IMG/VR virus record: IMGVR_UViG_3300037502_002518
Span: 5,712-69,711 of that record
Strand: one strand, 5' to 3'
Source of the DNA: a virus
Lineage: Duplodnaviria > Heunggongvirae > Uroviricota > Caudoviricetes
DNA: 64,000 nt
The notes under the pieces are model-generated. The model was not told the DNA's origin, made no database searches, and saw only the letters and a list, made by a program, of their open reading frames with translations. Made by a program: the position numbers and the translations under genes. Below are positions 36,867 through 46,698 of this stretch, in pieces (position 1 is the first letter of the stretch; every line of letters starts with the position of its first letter).

Positions 36867-37196
36867 TTGCAAATGTCGAAGTTGGCAAAGAGAATAAAAA
36901 GGAAATTTAAAATGTTTAAAGAGAAAATTCGTATCGAATATTTATTCCATAAAAGAATGATTAGAAACATTAGAAAAAACTCTTTACAAAGTAATAGACA
37001 AGTGCTAAAATATATACTAGAAAGAGTTGTTTTACGTAGATGCTCAAGATGTAAAAGCAAAGGACATCTAGAACATCAAAGTTGTGCATATACTGATGAG
37101 ATTAGTAATTATTTTTTTCTTTGTGATGAGTGTCATAAGGAGACGGAAGCTCTCTATCTAGAGATATGGGAAGAATATTGGAGTGGAAGATTATAA
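36867..37196 (+). CDS. hypothetical zinc-finger protein (CxxC...HxxxC...CxxC)
   Basis: ORF; cysteine/histidine pairs. Confidence 0.4.
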   Translation: MQMSKLAKRIKRKFKMFKEKIRIEYLFHKRMIRNIRKNSLQSNRQVLKYILERVVLRRCSRCKSKGHLEHQSCAYTDEISNYFFLCDECHKETEALYLEIWEEYWSGRL

Positions 37197-37346
37197 GGGT
37201 GAAGCTAAAGATTTCTTTGATAGTTTAACAATAGAAGAATTTGTTGAATTGCTAAAAAGTGTCGGACTTGAAGTTGTTGATGCAGTAGATGGTAAGGGTG
37301 GAGTTATTTTTTTAGACAAAATAAAAGACAAAGGAGACAATTAATT

Positions 37347-37730
37347 ATGACAAAAGAAAAAGTGAGAGTACTAAGAATTCTTGAGTATGTTGGAGATAGA
37401 GAATGGGTAGAAAAAACTTTAAAATCAAGCAGTGTGCCAATGAATGGCGATTCATCTATAAACACAGGCAGAGAAAATATTATCAAATCAGCTATTATTG
37501 ATAGTTTCCCAGAAATTTTGAACAATGTTGACAATGATATTGATTCAGACTTAATTGAAGTACACGATAGAGTTGCAATTTACAACAATCAAAAACGAGC
37601 AACACATTTAGGGACAGTTGTTAGTGTTAATGATTTTCGTCCACCAGAACAAAAATATGCTGTTGATGTAGATGGATATGATGATGATGTTTTATTTTTT
37701 GGTGAAGATGATTTGAAAGTTATTAAGTAG
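37347..37730 (+). CDS. hypothetical protein (127 aa)
   Basis: RBS AAAGGAGACAATTAATTATG. Confidence 0.45.
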   Translation: MTKEKVRVLRILEYVGDREWVEKTLKSSSVPMNGDSSINTGRENIIKSAIIDSFPEILNNVDNDIDSDLIEVHDRVAIYNNQKRATHLGTVVSVNDFRPPEQKYAVDVDGYDDDVLFFGEDDLKVIK

Positions 37731-37763
37731 GTGGAAAGTTTCATTAAGAGTAGGTGAAGAGAG

Positions 37764-37940
37764 ATGAGAGAAAAAGTTCTGTTTGATGAAGACCAGAAAA
37801 AGATTAATGGTTCAGTTGAGAATCATGCTATCGGCAGTTATCAAATTGGAGAAATTTCTAAATTAAGTGCAACTTTGTACGATAGTGGTGTAGATGTTGT
37901 TAAGGAATTACAGCGTTTAAAACGTTTTTATCAAGCATAA
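37764..37940 (+). CDS. hypothetical small protein (58 aa)
   Basis: RBS GTAGGTGAAGAGAGATG; not in track. Confidence 0.35.
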   Translation: MREKVLFDEDQKKINGSVENHAIGSYQIGEISKLSATLYDSGVDVVKELQRLKRFYQA

Positions 37941-38066
37941 GATTTCAAATAAAATACAAGTTTTATTGTTGATGATGAGACAACGACCGATGATGTCGAT
38001 AAATTAATTTCGTTTGTAACCAATTTCTTTGACCGAGTATCTGATTACTAGAAAAGGAGAGAAACA

Positions 38067-38453
38067 ATGATACAACCTTATGTTAGTCTACTTGCACAAC
38101 ACAAAAAGGGGAATATGCCCATTTACCGTGAGTTGTTAAAAGAAACGTTTGGGAAAGAATTGACATGGAAAGAGGTGCAAGCACTTGATGAAAGTGTTCA
38201 ACGAACTCTATGTTATGACCTAGAAGAACGAATAACCATTCATGAATCGCCTTATGATATCAAAAAACTAGCTCATGCTATTCAACATTCGAGAAGCGGG
38301 GTTGGCGGAAGTTCTATAACGGCTTTCACTTGTGCCTTTTGTGAGAAAGAAGAATGGTGGGAGAATACAGCCGTACCTAATATCTGTCAGGGTTGTGCAG
38401 AAAAGATGGCGAAAAAAATTGTCGTTAATAATATGACAATCACAAAGGTGTAG
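38067..38453 (+). CDS. hypothetical protein with C-terminal zinc ribbon (CAFC...CQGC)
   Basis: RBS AAAGGAGAG. Confidence 0.45.
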   Translation: MIQPYVSLLAQHKKGNMPIYRELLKETFGKELTWKEVQALDESVQRTLCYDLEERITIHESPYDIKKLAHAIQHSRSGVGGSSITAFTCAFCEKEEWWENTAVPNICQGCAEKMAKKIVVNNMTITKV

Positions 38454-38466
38454 AGGGGGTAATAAA

Positions 38467-38718
38467 ATGTATAGAAAAATAATAGAAATTAATGTAAAAG
38501 ATATTGTAAATATTAACTTTTCTGACCCGACAATTTATGCATTTATTGATGAAGATGCAGAGTATTGCTTTGAATTAAGAAAAGACCGTGCAACTTTGGT
38601 ATGCTTTGATACTAATGAATTACTAGTAAGTGGGGTTATGGAAGATTATAATGGTCTTTGCACTTGGGTAGAGTTTGTTTACTGGGCAGAGCAAAAAGGT
38701 GTATTAGTCAATTATTAG
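38467..38718 (+). CDS. hypothetical protein (83 aa)
   Basis: ORF. Confidence 0.45.
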   Translation: MYRKIIEINVKDIVNINFSDPTIYAFIDEDAEYCFELRKDRATLVCFDTNELLVSGVMEDYNGLCTWVEFVYWAEQKGVLVNY

Positions 38719-38748
38719 ATGGATAAAAGTTAAATTTTATTTAGAGGA

Positions 38749-39267
38749 GTGATTAACATGAAAGCAGAAATATTTGTCCGACAGCCAGTCAAGCTGATTA
38801 AGCCAGTAGTTGAAAGAGATATTTATGACAATACATTTAGGATACACTTATCTTTAGAAAATTCCTTTCAAAGTAAAAAACTTGATGGATATTTTGAAAC
38901 GGATAGACCTACAAATGGTGATTTACTTGAAGTTGGTTATATTATCAATGTATATGGAGAGGAATACAAGATTATAAATCATAAAAATTTTATTCTCCAA
39001 GGAAACAAAGATAACAATTTAAAACTATCTGCCATTGATGTTGAACCAATAAATAGTGAAATGGATGATGATTTTGAAATTAGTCGAGAAAGTTTAGAGT
39101 ATATTTGGAAATCTTTTGAAGAGGTGAATCATTACATTAGTGACTTGGAGAAAGATGTGAAGTTATTTAGAGAGAAAAACAAAGATTTAAGAAAAAGAAA
39201 TGAAAAACTAGAAAAAGAAAATGAAGAACTAGAAAGAGAAAGTTACAAAAAACTTAGATTTTGGTAG
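38749..39267 (+). CDS. hypothetical protein with C-terminal coiled coil (KNKDLRKRNEKLEKENEELERE)
   Basis: RBS TAGAGGAGTG. Confidence 0.45.
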   Translation: MINMKAEIFVRQPVKLIKPVVERDIYDNTFRIHLSLENSFQSKKLDGYFETDRPTNGDLLEVGYIINVYGEEYKIINHKNFILQGNKDNNLKLSAIDVEPINSEMDDDFEISRESLEYIWKSFEEVNHYISDLEKDVKLFREKNKDLRKRNEKLEKENEELERESYKKLRFW

Positions 39268-39662
39268 GTGAGACCATGAATGGTGAGATTGGAGTTATAA
39301 GCAATTCTAGCTACAGGTTGCGGAAAAAGATGGACGACATAATTAAAACAATGGGTGAGAAAGTTGTCGGAGTATACAACCAAGGAGATGTTGAAGTCAT
39401 CTCTCTTGGGAAAAATATGAACATTGTTGGATTTGTTGTAGAAGATACAATGCAAGCGCACCACAAACGTGGTATGAGATTTTCTAACTTGATGGTTGAC
39501 TCAGAAATGAAGTTCGAGAAGCCTCATGGTGATTTTTATGAAGATAATTTTCATAATCTTTCAGAGGTTGTTATCTTCATTATGCTTAGAAAGACTGAAC
39601 TGACTATGGTTGTTTCAAAAAGTACAGAATACAAGTGGAGTCCATACGTGCAATGGTTTTAA
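39261..39662 (+). CDS. hypothetical protein (133 aa)
   Basis: ORF. Confidence 0.45.
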   Translation: MVGETMNGEIGVISNSSYRLRKKMDDIIKTMGEKVVGVYNQGDVEVISLGKNMNIVGFVVEDTMQAHHKRGMRFSNLMVDSEMKFEKPHGDFYEDNFHNLSEVVIFIMLRKTELTMVVSKSTEYKWSPYVQWF

Positions 39663-39692
39663 TCTAATATTAAAATAAAAGGAGAATGTAAA

Positions 39693-40235
39693 ATGACAAA
39701 TAAACAATATTTAAAACTACATGTGGGATACTCTGGCTATTATAGTAATACAGAGATTGATGCCACAATTATTTTGCCAAAAGAATTTTGTGACATGCTT
39801 GAATTTGATTTCCTAAGAGATGGTAAGGAACACGTTGTTTATTCAGATACTGTTTACCTTGGAGAGATTGAAGGAAAATATTCAGAGGTTTATGGAGACC
39901 TAGATGTTGAATTAATCAATGACTCTTATTTAGAAAAAATGAATCAAGTTAAAATAAATGAATTGATAGAAGAAATGGAAGAAAGTTATGGATATTTTGA
40001 AAATTTTTTTGAGATTGCTATTGATGATTCAGACAATGAAGACGAAATTATCGAACAGCTAAATTTGAACGCAAAGAAAAATTGGTACATTTTTAGCGAA
40101 GTATTTGGTAGACAACTAGAAGAATTGAAAGAAAAATATTACAAAAAACTTAAAGTTATTAAAGTAGAAGAAAAGGATTTTGAAGATGCAATAGAAGCCC
40201 TTGAGGAAATTTATATTAAAACTTGGAGTGAGTAA
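39693..40235 (+). CDS. hypothetical acidic protein (180 aa)
   Basis: RBS AAAGGAGAATG. Confidence 0.45.
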   Translation: MTNKQYLKLHVGYSGYYSNTEIDATIILPKEFCDMLEFDFLRDGKEHVVYSDTVYLGEIEGKYSEVYGDLDVELINDSYLEKMNQVKINELIEEMEESYGYFENFFEIAIDDSDNEDEIIEQLNLNAKKNWYIFSEVFGRQLEELKEKYYKKLKVIKVEEKDFEDAIEALEEIYIKTWSE

Positions 40236-40236
40236 A

Positions 40237-40455
40237 ATGGAAGATAAGTACAAAGAAGAGTATACAAAAATGTTAGACAAAGGTTACATCGAAAAAGATG
40301 GCACACCACTTATATGTCCAAATTGTGGTAGTGATGACCTATATGACAAAAATCATCATTATGAAGATGGTAGATTTTTGGTTGAGTATACTGTTTATTG
40401 TGGAGATTGTGGTGAAGATTTTGTTACATGGTCATACGGAAGTTGGAGCATTTAA
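40237..40455 (+). CDS. small zinc-ribbon protein (CPNCG...CGDCG)
   Basis: trimmed to ATG after RBS TGGAGTGAGTAAAATG. Confidence 0.45.
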   Translation: MEDKYKEEYTKMLDKGYIEKDGTPLICPNCGSDDLYDKNHHYEDGRFLVEYTVYCGDCGEDFVTWSYGSWSI

Positions 40456-40465
40456 GGAGGACATA

Positions 40466-40720
40466 ATGAGATATTATAAAGTTAGCACAACAGAGAAGCA
40501 AGTTAAAATGTTTGCTGAAAAATACAATAAAGAATACCAAAAGATGTTGAATGCAGAAGTGCAAGGGAATGAGCCTATGCGACAACACTATAAAAGGGTT
40601 GTAGACACAATGAAAATGTCTTTATCTTTGCTTGGTGTTCATATTGATGGTGTTAATAGACCGACTGAACAAGAAAAAGATTTAGGATTTTCTATTTTAA
40701 AGTTGTGGAGACATGAGTAA
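40466..40720 (+). CDS. hypothetical protein (84 aa; trimmed to ATG after TAAGGAGGACATAATG)
   Basis: strong RBS. Confidence 0.45.
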   Translation: MRYYKVSTTEKQVKMFAEKYNKEYQKMLNAEVQGNEPMRQHYKRVVDTMKMSLSLLGVHIDGVNRPTEQEKDLGFSILKLWRHE

Positions 40721-40791
40721 TGGGTTATCTTTTGAAGGGTAAAACGGTTTATCGTGAAGATGCATTGACATATTAAGGGAGGAAATTTAAA

Positions 40792-41061
40792 ATGTATTAT
40801 TTTGAAGCTAATGAACCGTATTACGCTTTAGGCAAAGCTGATAGTGCAGAGGATTTTATGAAGATTTACAAAGAGGTTGTTTTAGACATTGATGACGAAC
40901 AGAATTTCTTGGCAACAGTTGCAGTCGTTTCTGAGAAATACGCTTGTGTAAAACACGCTCAAGCACTAAAAAAAGATGGTAGTCTCGTTTGGGCTAAAGA
41001 GGTTTTAAAACAACTTGACCAAAATAATGTCATCTTAGTAATTGATGGATGTTTGTCATAG
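40792..41061 (+). CDS. hypothetical protein (89 aa)
   Basis: RBS AAGGGAGGAAATTTAAAATG. Confidence 0.45.
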   Translation: MYYFEANEPYYALGKADSAEDFMKIYKEVVLDIDDEQNFLATVAVVSEKYACVKHAQALKKDGSLVWAKEVLKQLDQNNVILVIDGCLS

Positions 41062-41121
41062 AATGACACCAGAACAGATTATTATTTTAGAAGAATTATT
41101 AAAAGATGAAAGGGAGAATGG

Positions 41122-41601
41122 GTGATGAGTGAAAAAGTAAAAGTCCCAAAATGGTTTGATGAATGGTATAAGAGTTTTGAAGAATCGTGGAGAGGAAGTG
41201 ATGATATAAGACTTTATTACATTTCCAGAATAGGTTTTGGATTTCTTTTCCATGATGGAGAAGACAAAGAGATGCCTATAGAATATTTTGACTATGTTTA
41301 TGAAAATAGAGAAAGGCTTATTAGAGCCATTTTTGACGGTTATGAGATAGAACAAGAGTATATTGAAGTATCTCCTGTCAGAGCATATGAATTTTTCTTT
41401 AATAAAAGCTTTGAAGTTTATTGCAAATATGAAGGCGAGTCAAAGTACCATAGCGTAACTACAGGTGACTTCATTCCTGCCGATATTATAGATTTCAATA
41501 AGAAATTTTACATTAAAAAAGAAGAAAAATCTTTAGAAAAAGCTACGTTTTTCAACATACATTCAAATTATACAGACCTTAGTTTTGGGAAGGAGAAATA
41601 A
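41122..41601 (+). CDS. hypothetical protein (159 aa)
   Basis: RBS AAAGGGAGAATGGGTG. Confidence 0.45.
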   Translation: MMSEKVKVPKWFDEWYKSFEESWRGSDDIRLYYISRIGFGFLFHDGEDKEMPIEYFDYVYENRERLIRAIFDGYEIEQEYIEVSPVRAYEFFFNKSFEVYCKYEGESKYHSVTTGDFIPADIIDFNKKFYIKKEEKSLEKATFFNIHSNYTDLSFGKEK

Positions 41602-41602
41602 T

Positions 41603-41815
41603 ATGCCTAAATATTTTGATTTTCGAGATTATGCAATTAACGACTTTGGAGATTTGGCTTACATGCTAAATGATATTGGTGATAAGTTTGAAGAAGCGGA
41701 AAAAGAGAGAGAAGAAATGACTCAAGAGATTGATAGTTTAGAAAGTGAACTTGAGATGCTAGGAAGTGAAAATTTTGAATTAAGAGAAAAGCTTGAAGAA
41801 CTGGGTGTTTTATAA
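41603..41815 (+). CDS. hypothetical protein with coiled-coil C-terminus
   Basis: trimmed to ATG after GGGAAGGAGAAATAATATG. Confidence 0.4.
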   Translation: MPKYFDFRDYAINDFGDLAYMLNDIGDKFEEAEKEREEMTQEIDSLESELEMLGSENFELREKLEELGVL

Positions 41816-41923
41816 AATGCTAAAATAAATATAAAAAATGCTTCCATTGTGAGTGAAGTTATGATAGAATGTTTGTATAGTAAAAATATGTGAACATTCT
41901 ATTTTTAATGAGGAGGGAAAGTT

Positions 41924-42241
41924 ATGGGGAAAGTAGCAGTTAGCATTTATCATACTTATGGCAAAGGTGATGGCGAAGAGTTGTTTGATAGATATATTAT
42001 TAACAATACAAAAGAAGAACGTGAGGGCATTTTTGAAACTTTTGGCTACGATGATGCCTTAGATAATAAAGAGGATTTCACCAGTGGCAAAATTGACTAT
42101 TTTAGCTTTGATAAGTTCGGAGGAGATTGGGACGAACCAACAGGCGGATGTGTTACACTCGATACAAAAGAAGACCTTATTTCTTACGCAGAAGATGATT
42201 ATAAAAAAGAATTAGCTAAAATTAATGAGCTGTTCGGGTGA
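41924..42241 (+). CDS. hypothetical acidic protein (105 aa)
   Basis: RBS GAGGAGGGAAAG. Confidence 0.45.
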   Translation: MGKVAVSIYHTYGKGDGEELFDRYIINNTKEEREGIFETFGYDDALDNKEDFTSGKIDYFSFDKFGGDWDEPTGGCVTLDTKEDLISYAEDDYKKELAKINELFG

Positions 42242-42272
42242 AAAAATAAAACAATTAAAAGGTGGTAAAATT

Positions 42273-42812
42273 ATGGAAAAAACAAAATTTATTGTCGAGA
42301 GTGTAGAGTTAAAATTTAGTCCTAATATTTACGAAAACCCACCACACATATTAGTTCGCAACTCATATGCTGTAAATCTGTCCGACTCACATCATGTAAA
42401 TCTGTATGAATCACATGTTGAAGAAAATGAGATAAAATTGAATATTGACTCTGACAATTTAAAGGTTAGAGACAAAATAAAAGTTGTAGAAGATGATGGT
42501 TCAACTACAAATTACTTTGTAAAAAATATTGAATCATTTCATATCGCTCCAAAGCATAATGAGCCATATTTAGAAACAGTGGTTTATCTTGAGCCTGCAA
42601 TTTCACGTTATGACGAAAAAGAGATAGTCTTGACTTATCATGAGCTGTGTGACCTTGAAGAAAGAATTATAAGTGAATTAAACAAGCAGAATAAAAAATG
42701 TCAAGAATTGTATCAAAAAAATGGGGATTTGAATCAAAAATTACAAAAACTCAGCAAACAGGCTGAAAAACGCAAGCGAATTTTATCTTTTTGGAAAAAA
42801 CCAAAATTTTGA
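42273..42812 (+). CDS. hypothetical protein with C-terminal coiled coil
   Basis: trimmed to ATG after AAAAGGTGGTAAAATTATG. Confidence 0.45.
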   Translation: MEKTKFIVESVELKFSPNIYENPPHILVRNSYAVNLSDSHHVNLYESHVEENEIKLNIDSDNLKVRDKIKVVEDDGSTTNYFVKNIESFHIAPKHNEPYLETVVYLEPAISRYDEKEIVLTYHELCDLEERIISELNKQNKKCQELYQKNGDLNQKLQKLSKQAEKRKRILSFWKKPKF

Positions 42813-42835
42813 CCCAGTGATTTACTGGGTCAAAC
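42808..42835 (+). terminator. hairpin GACCCAGT...ACTGGGTC (possible terminator; T-run weak)
   Basis: 8-bp perfect stem immediately after stop. Confidence 0.3.
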
Positions 42836-42858
42836 ATGTGTGATTTTGTAAATAAAAG

Positions 42859-44196
42859 ATGGATTTTATTTCGTTGGTAGAAAATGGAGAAAAAGGAGAG
42901 GTTATTTTGAATTTAAACAAAAATGAACTAGAAGCTATTATGATTTTAGATGAGATTAAAAGCACATCATCAAGAAATGACAAAGAGACAATCTTAAAAG
43001 AGCATCAACATCATCAAGAATTTAGACAGATGATTGAATTCTTGCTAGACGATTCAATCACAACAGGTATCAAAACAAAGAAGTTGTCAAAATTTATTGA
43101 CAAGTCAGAAAAAGAAAATGGCATGGGAGGTATTCTTGAAGTTATAGACTACCTAAGAGTTAATAATACAGGTAGTGATAATGACGTTATAGTCGTTACA
43201 AGCTTCCTTCAAGATTTAGAAGATGACTATGACAACCTACAAGAGACCTTATCTCAATTGTTTTGCAAACAGCTTAAAATTGGAGTCACTGTTAAAACTT
43301 TAAATAAAGTATATGGCAAAGGCACTGTCAAAAAGATTGAAGTCATGCTTGCTAAAAAATATGAGGAAGACAAACATAACCTTGACAGCTTTACTTTGAC
43401 AACAAAGCTTGATGGAATCCGATGCATTGCTTTAAAGTTGGACAGTGGTGATGTAAAATTCTTTACACGTCAAGGAAAGCCAATTTTAGGTCTAACAGAA
43501 TTGGAAACGAGTTATGAAATTATGCCAAATGGTTACGCTTATGATGGTGAACTATTACTGAATGAAGACCTACCAAGCGATGAACTCTTCAGAAAGACAC
43601 AAAAGGTTGTCCGTAAAGATGGAGAGAAAAAGAATGTTAAGCACATTCTTTTTGATATGATTCCATTGGTAGAATTTGAAGCTGGTGAATCCACACTAGA
43701 TTATGAAAGTCGAAGAACAATTTTAGAAGCAATGTTTACAGAAGAAAACATTGAAGTAACACCAGTTCTGTATTCTGGCAGTGACAAATCAATGATTGAT
43801 TTTTACCTTAGAGAAGCAGTCCTTGACCAGAAAGAAGGTATTATGATTAACAAAAATGATGGTCTTTACAAAACAAAACGTACAGACGACTTGCTAAAGG
43901 TTAAAGTGTTCCATACGGTTGATTTAGAAATAACTGGATATGGAGAAGGTGAGGGGAAATACAGGGACATGCTAGGTTATCTTGTTGTTGACTACAAAGG
44001 AAACCCTTTACGTGTTGGCTCTGGACTGTCTGATGAAGAGCGTATAATTCTCTTCCGATATGCAGATGAATTAGTTGGAAGAATTGTTGAAGTGTCCTAC
44101 TTTGAGGAATCACAGAATGAAGATGGCAAGTTATCATTGAGATTTCCTGTATTTAAAGGGTTTAGAGATGACAAAGATGAGCCAAGTCATAACTAA
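42859..44196 (+). CDS. ATP-dependent DNA ligase
   Basis: adenylation motif I KLDGIRC (KxDG), size 445 aa, OB-fold C-terminus. Confidence 0.7.
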   Translation: MDFISLVENGEKGEVILNLNKNELEAIMILDEIKSTSSRNDKETILKEHQHHQEFRQMIEFLLDDSITTGIKTKKLSKFIDKSEKENGMGGILEVIDYLRVNNTGSDNDVIVVTSFLQDLEDDYDNLQETLSQLFCKQLKIGVTVKTLNKVYGKGTVKKIEVMLAKKYEEDKHNLDSFTLTTKLDGIRCIALKLDSGDVKFFTRQGKPILGLTELETSYEIMPNGYAYDGELLLNEDLPSDELFRKTQKVVRKDGEKKNVKHILFDMIPLVEFEAGESTLDYESRRTILEAMFTEENIEVTPVLYSGSDKSMIDFYLREAVLDQKEGIMINKNDGLYKTKRTDDLLKVKVFHTVDLEITGYGEGEGKYRDMLGYLVVDYKGNPLRVGSGLSDEERIILFRYADELVGRIVEVSYFEESQNEDGKLSLRFPVFKGFRDDKDEPSHN

Positions 44197-44239
44197 TACA
44201 AGTTTCAAATAAAATTTTTAATAAATGCCAAATAAAAGG

Positions 44240-44268
44240 TTGACTTTTGTTTGGCATTTCGCTATACT
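44240..44268 (+). promoter_or_regulatory. promoter TTGACT-17bp-TATACT preceded by TGCCAAATAAAA (44226-44237), which forms a near-perfect dyad with TTTTGTTTGGCA (44246-44257)
   Basis: seen in sequence. Confidence 0.55.
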
Positions 44269-44306
44269 AAAAGAGTAGTAAAAAACAAGCAAAACAGGAG
44301 GATAAA

Positions 44307-45002
44307 ATGAAAAAACAATATTTTAAAAAAGGTGAAAAAGTTTGGGTAAAGAGCGAAAAGAAAGCAGGAATTGTAAAAGAACTTATTATCAACCCAAATA
44401 AAAAAGAGTTTAAGGCTGAAGTTGAAATCAAAGTTGATGAGAACACAAAGCTTAACAAAAAGGTTGAGTTGAAAGACTTAGAAAAAACATTTGGTAGTAA
44501 AAATCACACTCCTCGACCAACAATTTTAATTGCAAAGACAAGATATGATGCTGTCATTCCAAGTAAAGAGAATGAAGATGCAGGCTATGATGTTTATGCT
44601 TGTTTTGAGGAAGATGAGGTTGTGATTATGCCAAATGAAGTTGCCATGATTGGCACTGGGATTGCAACTTCAATTACAGATGACTGGGTTCTTGTAGTTA
44701 AAGAGCGTGGCTCAACAGGGACTAAAGCAATGTCTGTCCGAGCAGGAATTATCGACTCATCATTCCGAGGTGAGATTTTTGTTCCTATCAATAACACATC
44801 AGACAAGCGTATTGTGATTACAAAATCTGTAGACCAAGTAGAAAAGCATGAGGACAGAATCTTATATCCTTACTCTAAAGCTATTGCACAAATGCTACTA
44901 CTACCTGTTCCAAAGACGAATATTAAAGAGATTTCTTACGAAGATTTACAAAAGATTCCATCTAAACGTGGAACTGGTGCATTAGGAAGCTCAAACAAAT
45001 AA
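44307..45002 (+). CDS. dut: dUTP diphosphatase (long form with N-terminal extension)
   Basis: dUTPase motifs AGYDV, VVKERGSTG, RAGIIDSSFRGEI. Confidence 0.75.
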   Translation: MKKQYFKKGEKVWVKSEKKAGIVKELIINPNKKEFKAEVEIKVDENTKLNKKVELKDLEKTFGSKNHTPRPTILIAKTRYDAVIPSKENEDAGYDVYACFEEDEVVIMPNEVAMIGTGIATSITDDWVLVVKERGSTGTKAMSVRAGIIDSSFRGEIFVPINNTSDKRIVITKSVDQVEKHEDRILYPYSKAIAQMLLLPVPKTNIKEISYEDLQKIPSKRGTGALGSSNK

Positions 45003-45013
45003 GGAGGGATGGC

Positions 45014-45316
45014 ATGAGTAAAACTATTGTTGAAAATGTTAAACATATATTATCAAACAGTGTTGAAGCTAGAAATTCAGATAAAGAACTTATGGTAAAA
45101 TATTGGGAAAAGTTTGACAATATTAACATGTCTGAGGGGAAGATGAGTGTTAAAGCATTTGTTCTCCTCTCAACACCACCAGAGTCAATTGTTCGCTCAA
45201 GACGTTTGATTCAAAGCAATGGGGAGTTTTTACCAACAGAAGAAAGTGTTATTAGAATGAGAAAACTAAGAGAAGTTGCCATGATGGTAGCTACAACAAA
45301 AGGGGAAGTGGTATAA
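45014..45316 (+). CDS. hypothetical protein (100 aa)
   Basis: RBS AAGGAGGGATGGCATG. Confidence 0.45.
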   Translation: MSKTIVENVKHILSNSVEARNSDKELMVKYWEKFDNINMSEGKMSVKAFVLLSTPPESIVRSRRLIQSNGEFLPTEESVIRMRKLREVAMMVATTKGEVV

Positions 45317-45567
45317 TGGCAAGCGTGACAAAAAACAAAGGTAACAAGAAGAACAAATTGATGGTGACGAATGAAGAGTTGAATACAATTCATATTGCTT
45401 TAGCAATTCTGGATTATGAGACTTTTGGTGATGAAATTGAAGAAAAAGGGTTTACTCGTGAAGATTTAGCTGACCCATACAATGTATTCCTTGACCTAGA
45501 CAAAGCAACAAAACTTTACCCATCACCACAAGTTCTTAGCGACATTATTGAGGTAGAAGAGGACTAG
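45316..45567 (+). CDS. hypothetical protein (83 aa)
   Basis: coupled ORF. Confidence 0.45.
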   Translation: MASVTKNKGNKKNKLMVTNEELNTIHIALAILDYETFGDEIEEKGFTREDLADPYNVFLDLDKATKLYPSPQVLSDIIEVEED

Positions 45568-45570
45568 TTT

Positions 45571-45798
45571 ATGACAACAGATGAAGAACTATTAGAAATC
45601 AATTGGGACAGCTTTGATGTCTGTCCCAATTGTAAAAGCAAGAGGGTTAATGACTTAAGACTAAATGATAATATAGCGAATCCAGCGAGTGTAAAAAGTC
45701 ACTCAACAAATAAAAATTCATATTGTATGAATTGTGGGACTGAATGGATTCAAAAAAGAGGAAAAGTTTACCAGATAATCTGGGAACAAATAGATTAG
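45571..45798 (+). CDS. zinc-ribbon protein (CPNCKS...CMNCGTEW)
   Basis: two CxxC pairs. Confidence 0.45.
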   Translation: MTTDEELLEINWDSFDVCPNCKSKRVNDLRLNDNIANPASVKSHSTNKNSYCMNCGTEWIQKRGKVYQIIWEQID

Positions 45799-45810
45799 GA
45801 GTTGAAAAAC

Positions 45811-46698
45811 ATGAGTCAATATGACGTTCAATATGATGCACTATTAAAAGATATTCTTGAAAATGGTTATTCAAACGAGGGTGAATATACAGATGCAAAA
45901 TGGAAAGATGGAACACCTGCTTACACCAAGTCTTTAATTGGGAGACAATTCCGATTTGACAATTCAGAGATTCCTATCCTTACAACAAAGCGTGTTGCAT
46001 GGAAGACAGCTATTGCAGAGATGCTTTGGATTTGGAATATGCGCTCAAATGTTGTACAAGACTTAAGAAACTTAAACATGACATTTAATGGTGGAAAAAA
46101 CAAATCTGTTTGGGATGAATGGGAAAATAAACAAGGTACTATTGGTTTAGCATATGGACACCAACTTGGAGAGATTCACTCAACAATTCCTGTAGAAACA
46201 AAGCTTGGAGTTTTCAACATGGGTGCTGACCAAGTTGACCAATTAATTTGGGGGTTAAAAAACAAGCCTCATTCTAGACGTCATGTTACAGAGATTTGGA
46301 ATGTTAGAGATTTGGATAGAATGATGTTGCCACCATGTGTTCATTTGACCCAATGGCATGTAAAAGGTGGAAAGTTGCATCTAGAAGTAAGAGCTAGAAG
46401 TAGTGATGTAATTTTAGGCAATCCATTTAATGTTACACAATACAGTGTTTTACATCGTATGATTGCACAGGTGACTGGTTATGAATTAGGAGAATTTATC
46501 TTCTATATGGGGGATGTTCATATTTATGACCGACACATTGACCTTGCAAAAGAACAAATGGAACGTGAACAACATCCTGCACCAAAATTATGGATTAATC
46601 CAGAAGTTAAAAACTTTGAGGACTTCCGAATTGAAGACTTTGATTTAATTGATTATAAGCACAGTGGAGACTTAAAAGCGGAGATTGCTATATCATGA
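45811..46698 (+). CDS. thyA: thymidylate synthase (ThyA family)
   Basis: LPPCVH..QWHV and RSSDVILGNPFNVTQY correspond to ThyA active-site regions (Asn retained, uracil-type); followed by DHFR. Confidence 0.75.
   Translation: MSQYDVQYDALLKDILENGYSNEGEYTDAKWKDGTPAYTKSLIGRQFRFDNSEIPILTTKRVAWKTAIAEMLWIWNMRSNVVQDLRNLNMTFNGGKNKSVWDEWENKQGTIGLAYGHQLGEIHSTIPVETKLGVFNMGADQVDQLIWGLKNKPHSRRHVTEIWNVRDLDRMMLPPCVHLTQWHVKGGKLHLEVRARSSDVILGNPFNVTQYSVLHRMIAQVTGYELGEFIFYMGDVHIYDRHIDLAKEQMEREQHPAPKLWINPEVKNFEDFRIEDFDLIDYKHSGDLKAEIAIS

Noticed and set aside
37183-37346. Possible GTG-initiated 54-aa ORF between 36867-37196 and 37347
   Set aside because: There is no spacing-appropriate RBS, and it overlaps the upstream gene end. 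Evidence is insufficient.
37941-38066. 126-nt region after ORF 37764-37940 with an open frame lacking a start codon (possible frameshifted C-terminal extension)
   Set aside because: There is no slippery motif or convincing coding signal. It is more likely plain intergenic spacer before the RBS of 38067.
45811-46698. Considered whether the ThyA homologue is a dUMP/dCMP hydroxymethylase (hypermodified-base pathway, as in SPO1/T4)
   Set aside because: The Asn of the uracil-specific pocket is retained, and a DHFR gene follows immediately. DHFR is needed only with a true thymidylate synthase. Modified-base DNA remains possible but is not supported here.
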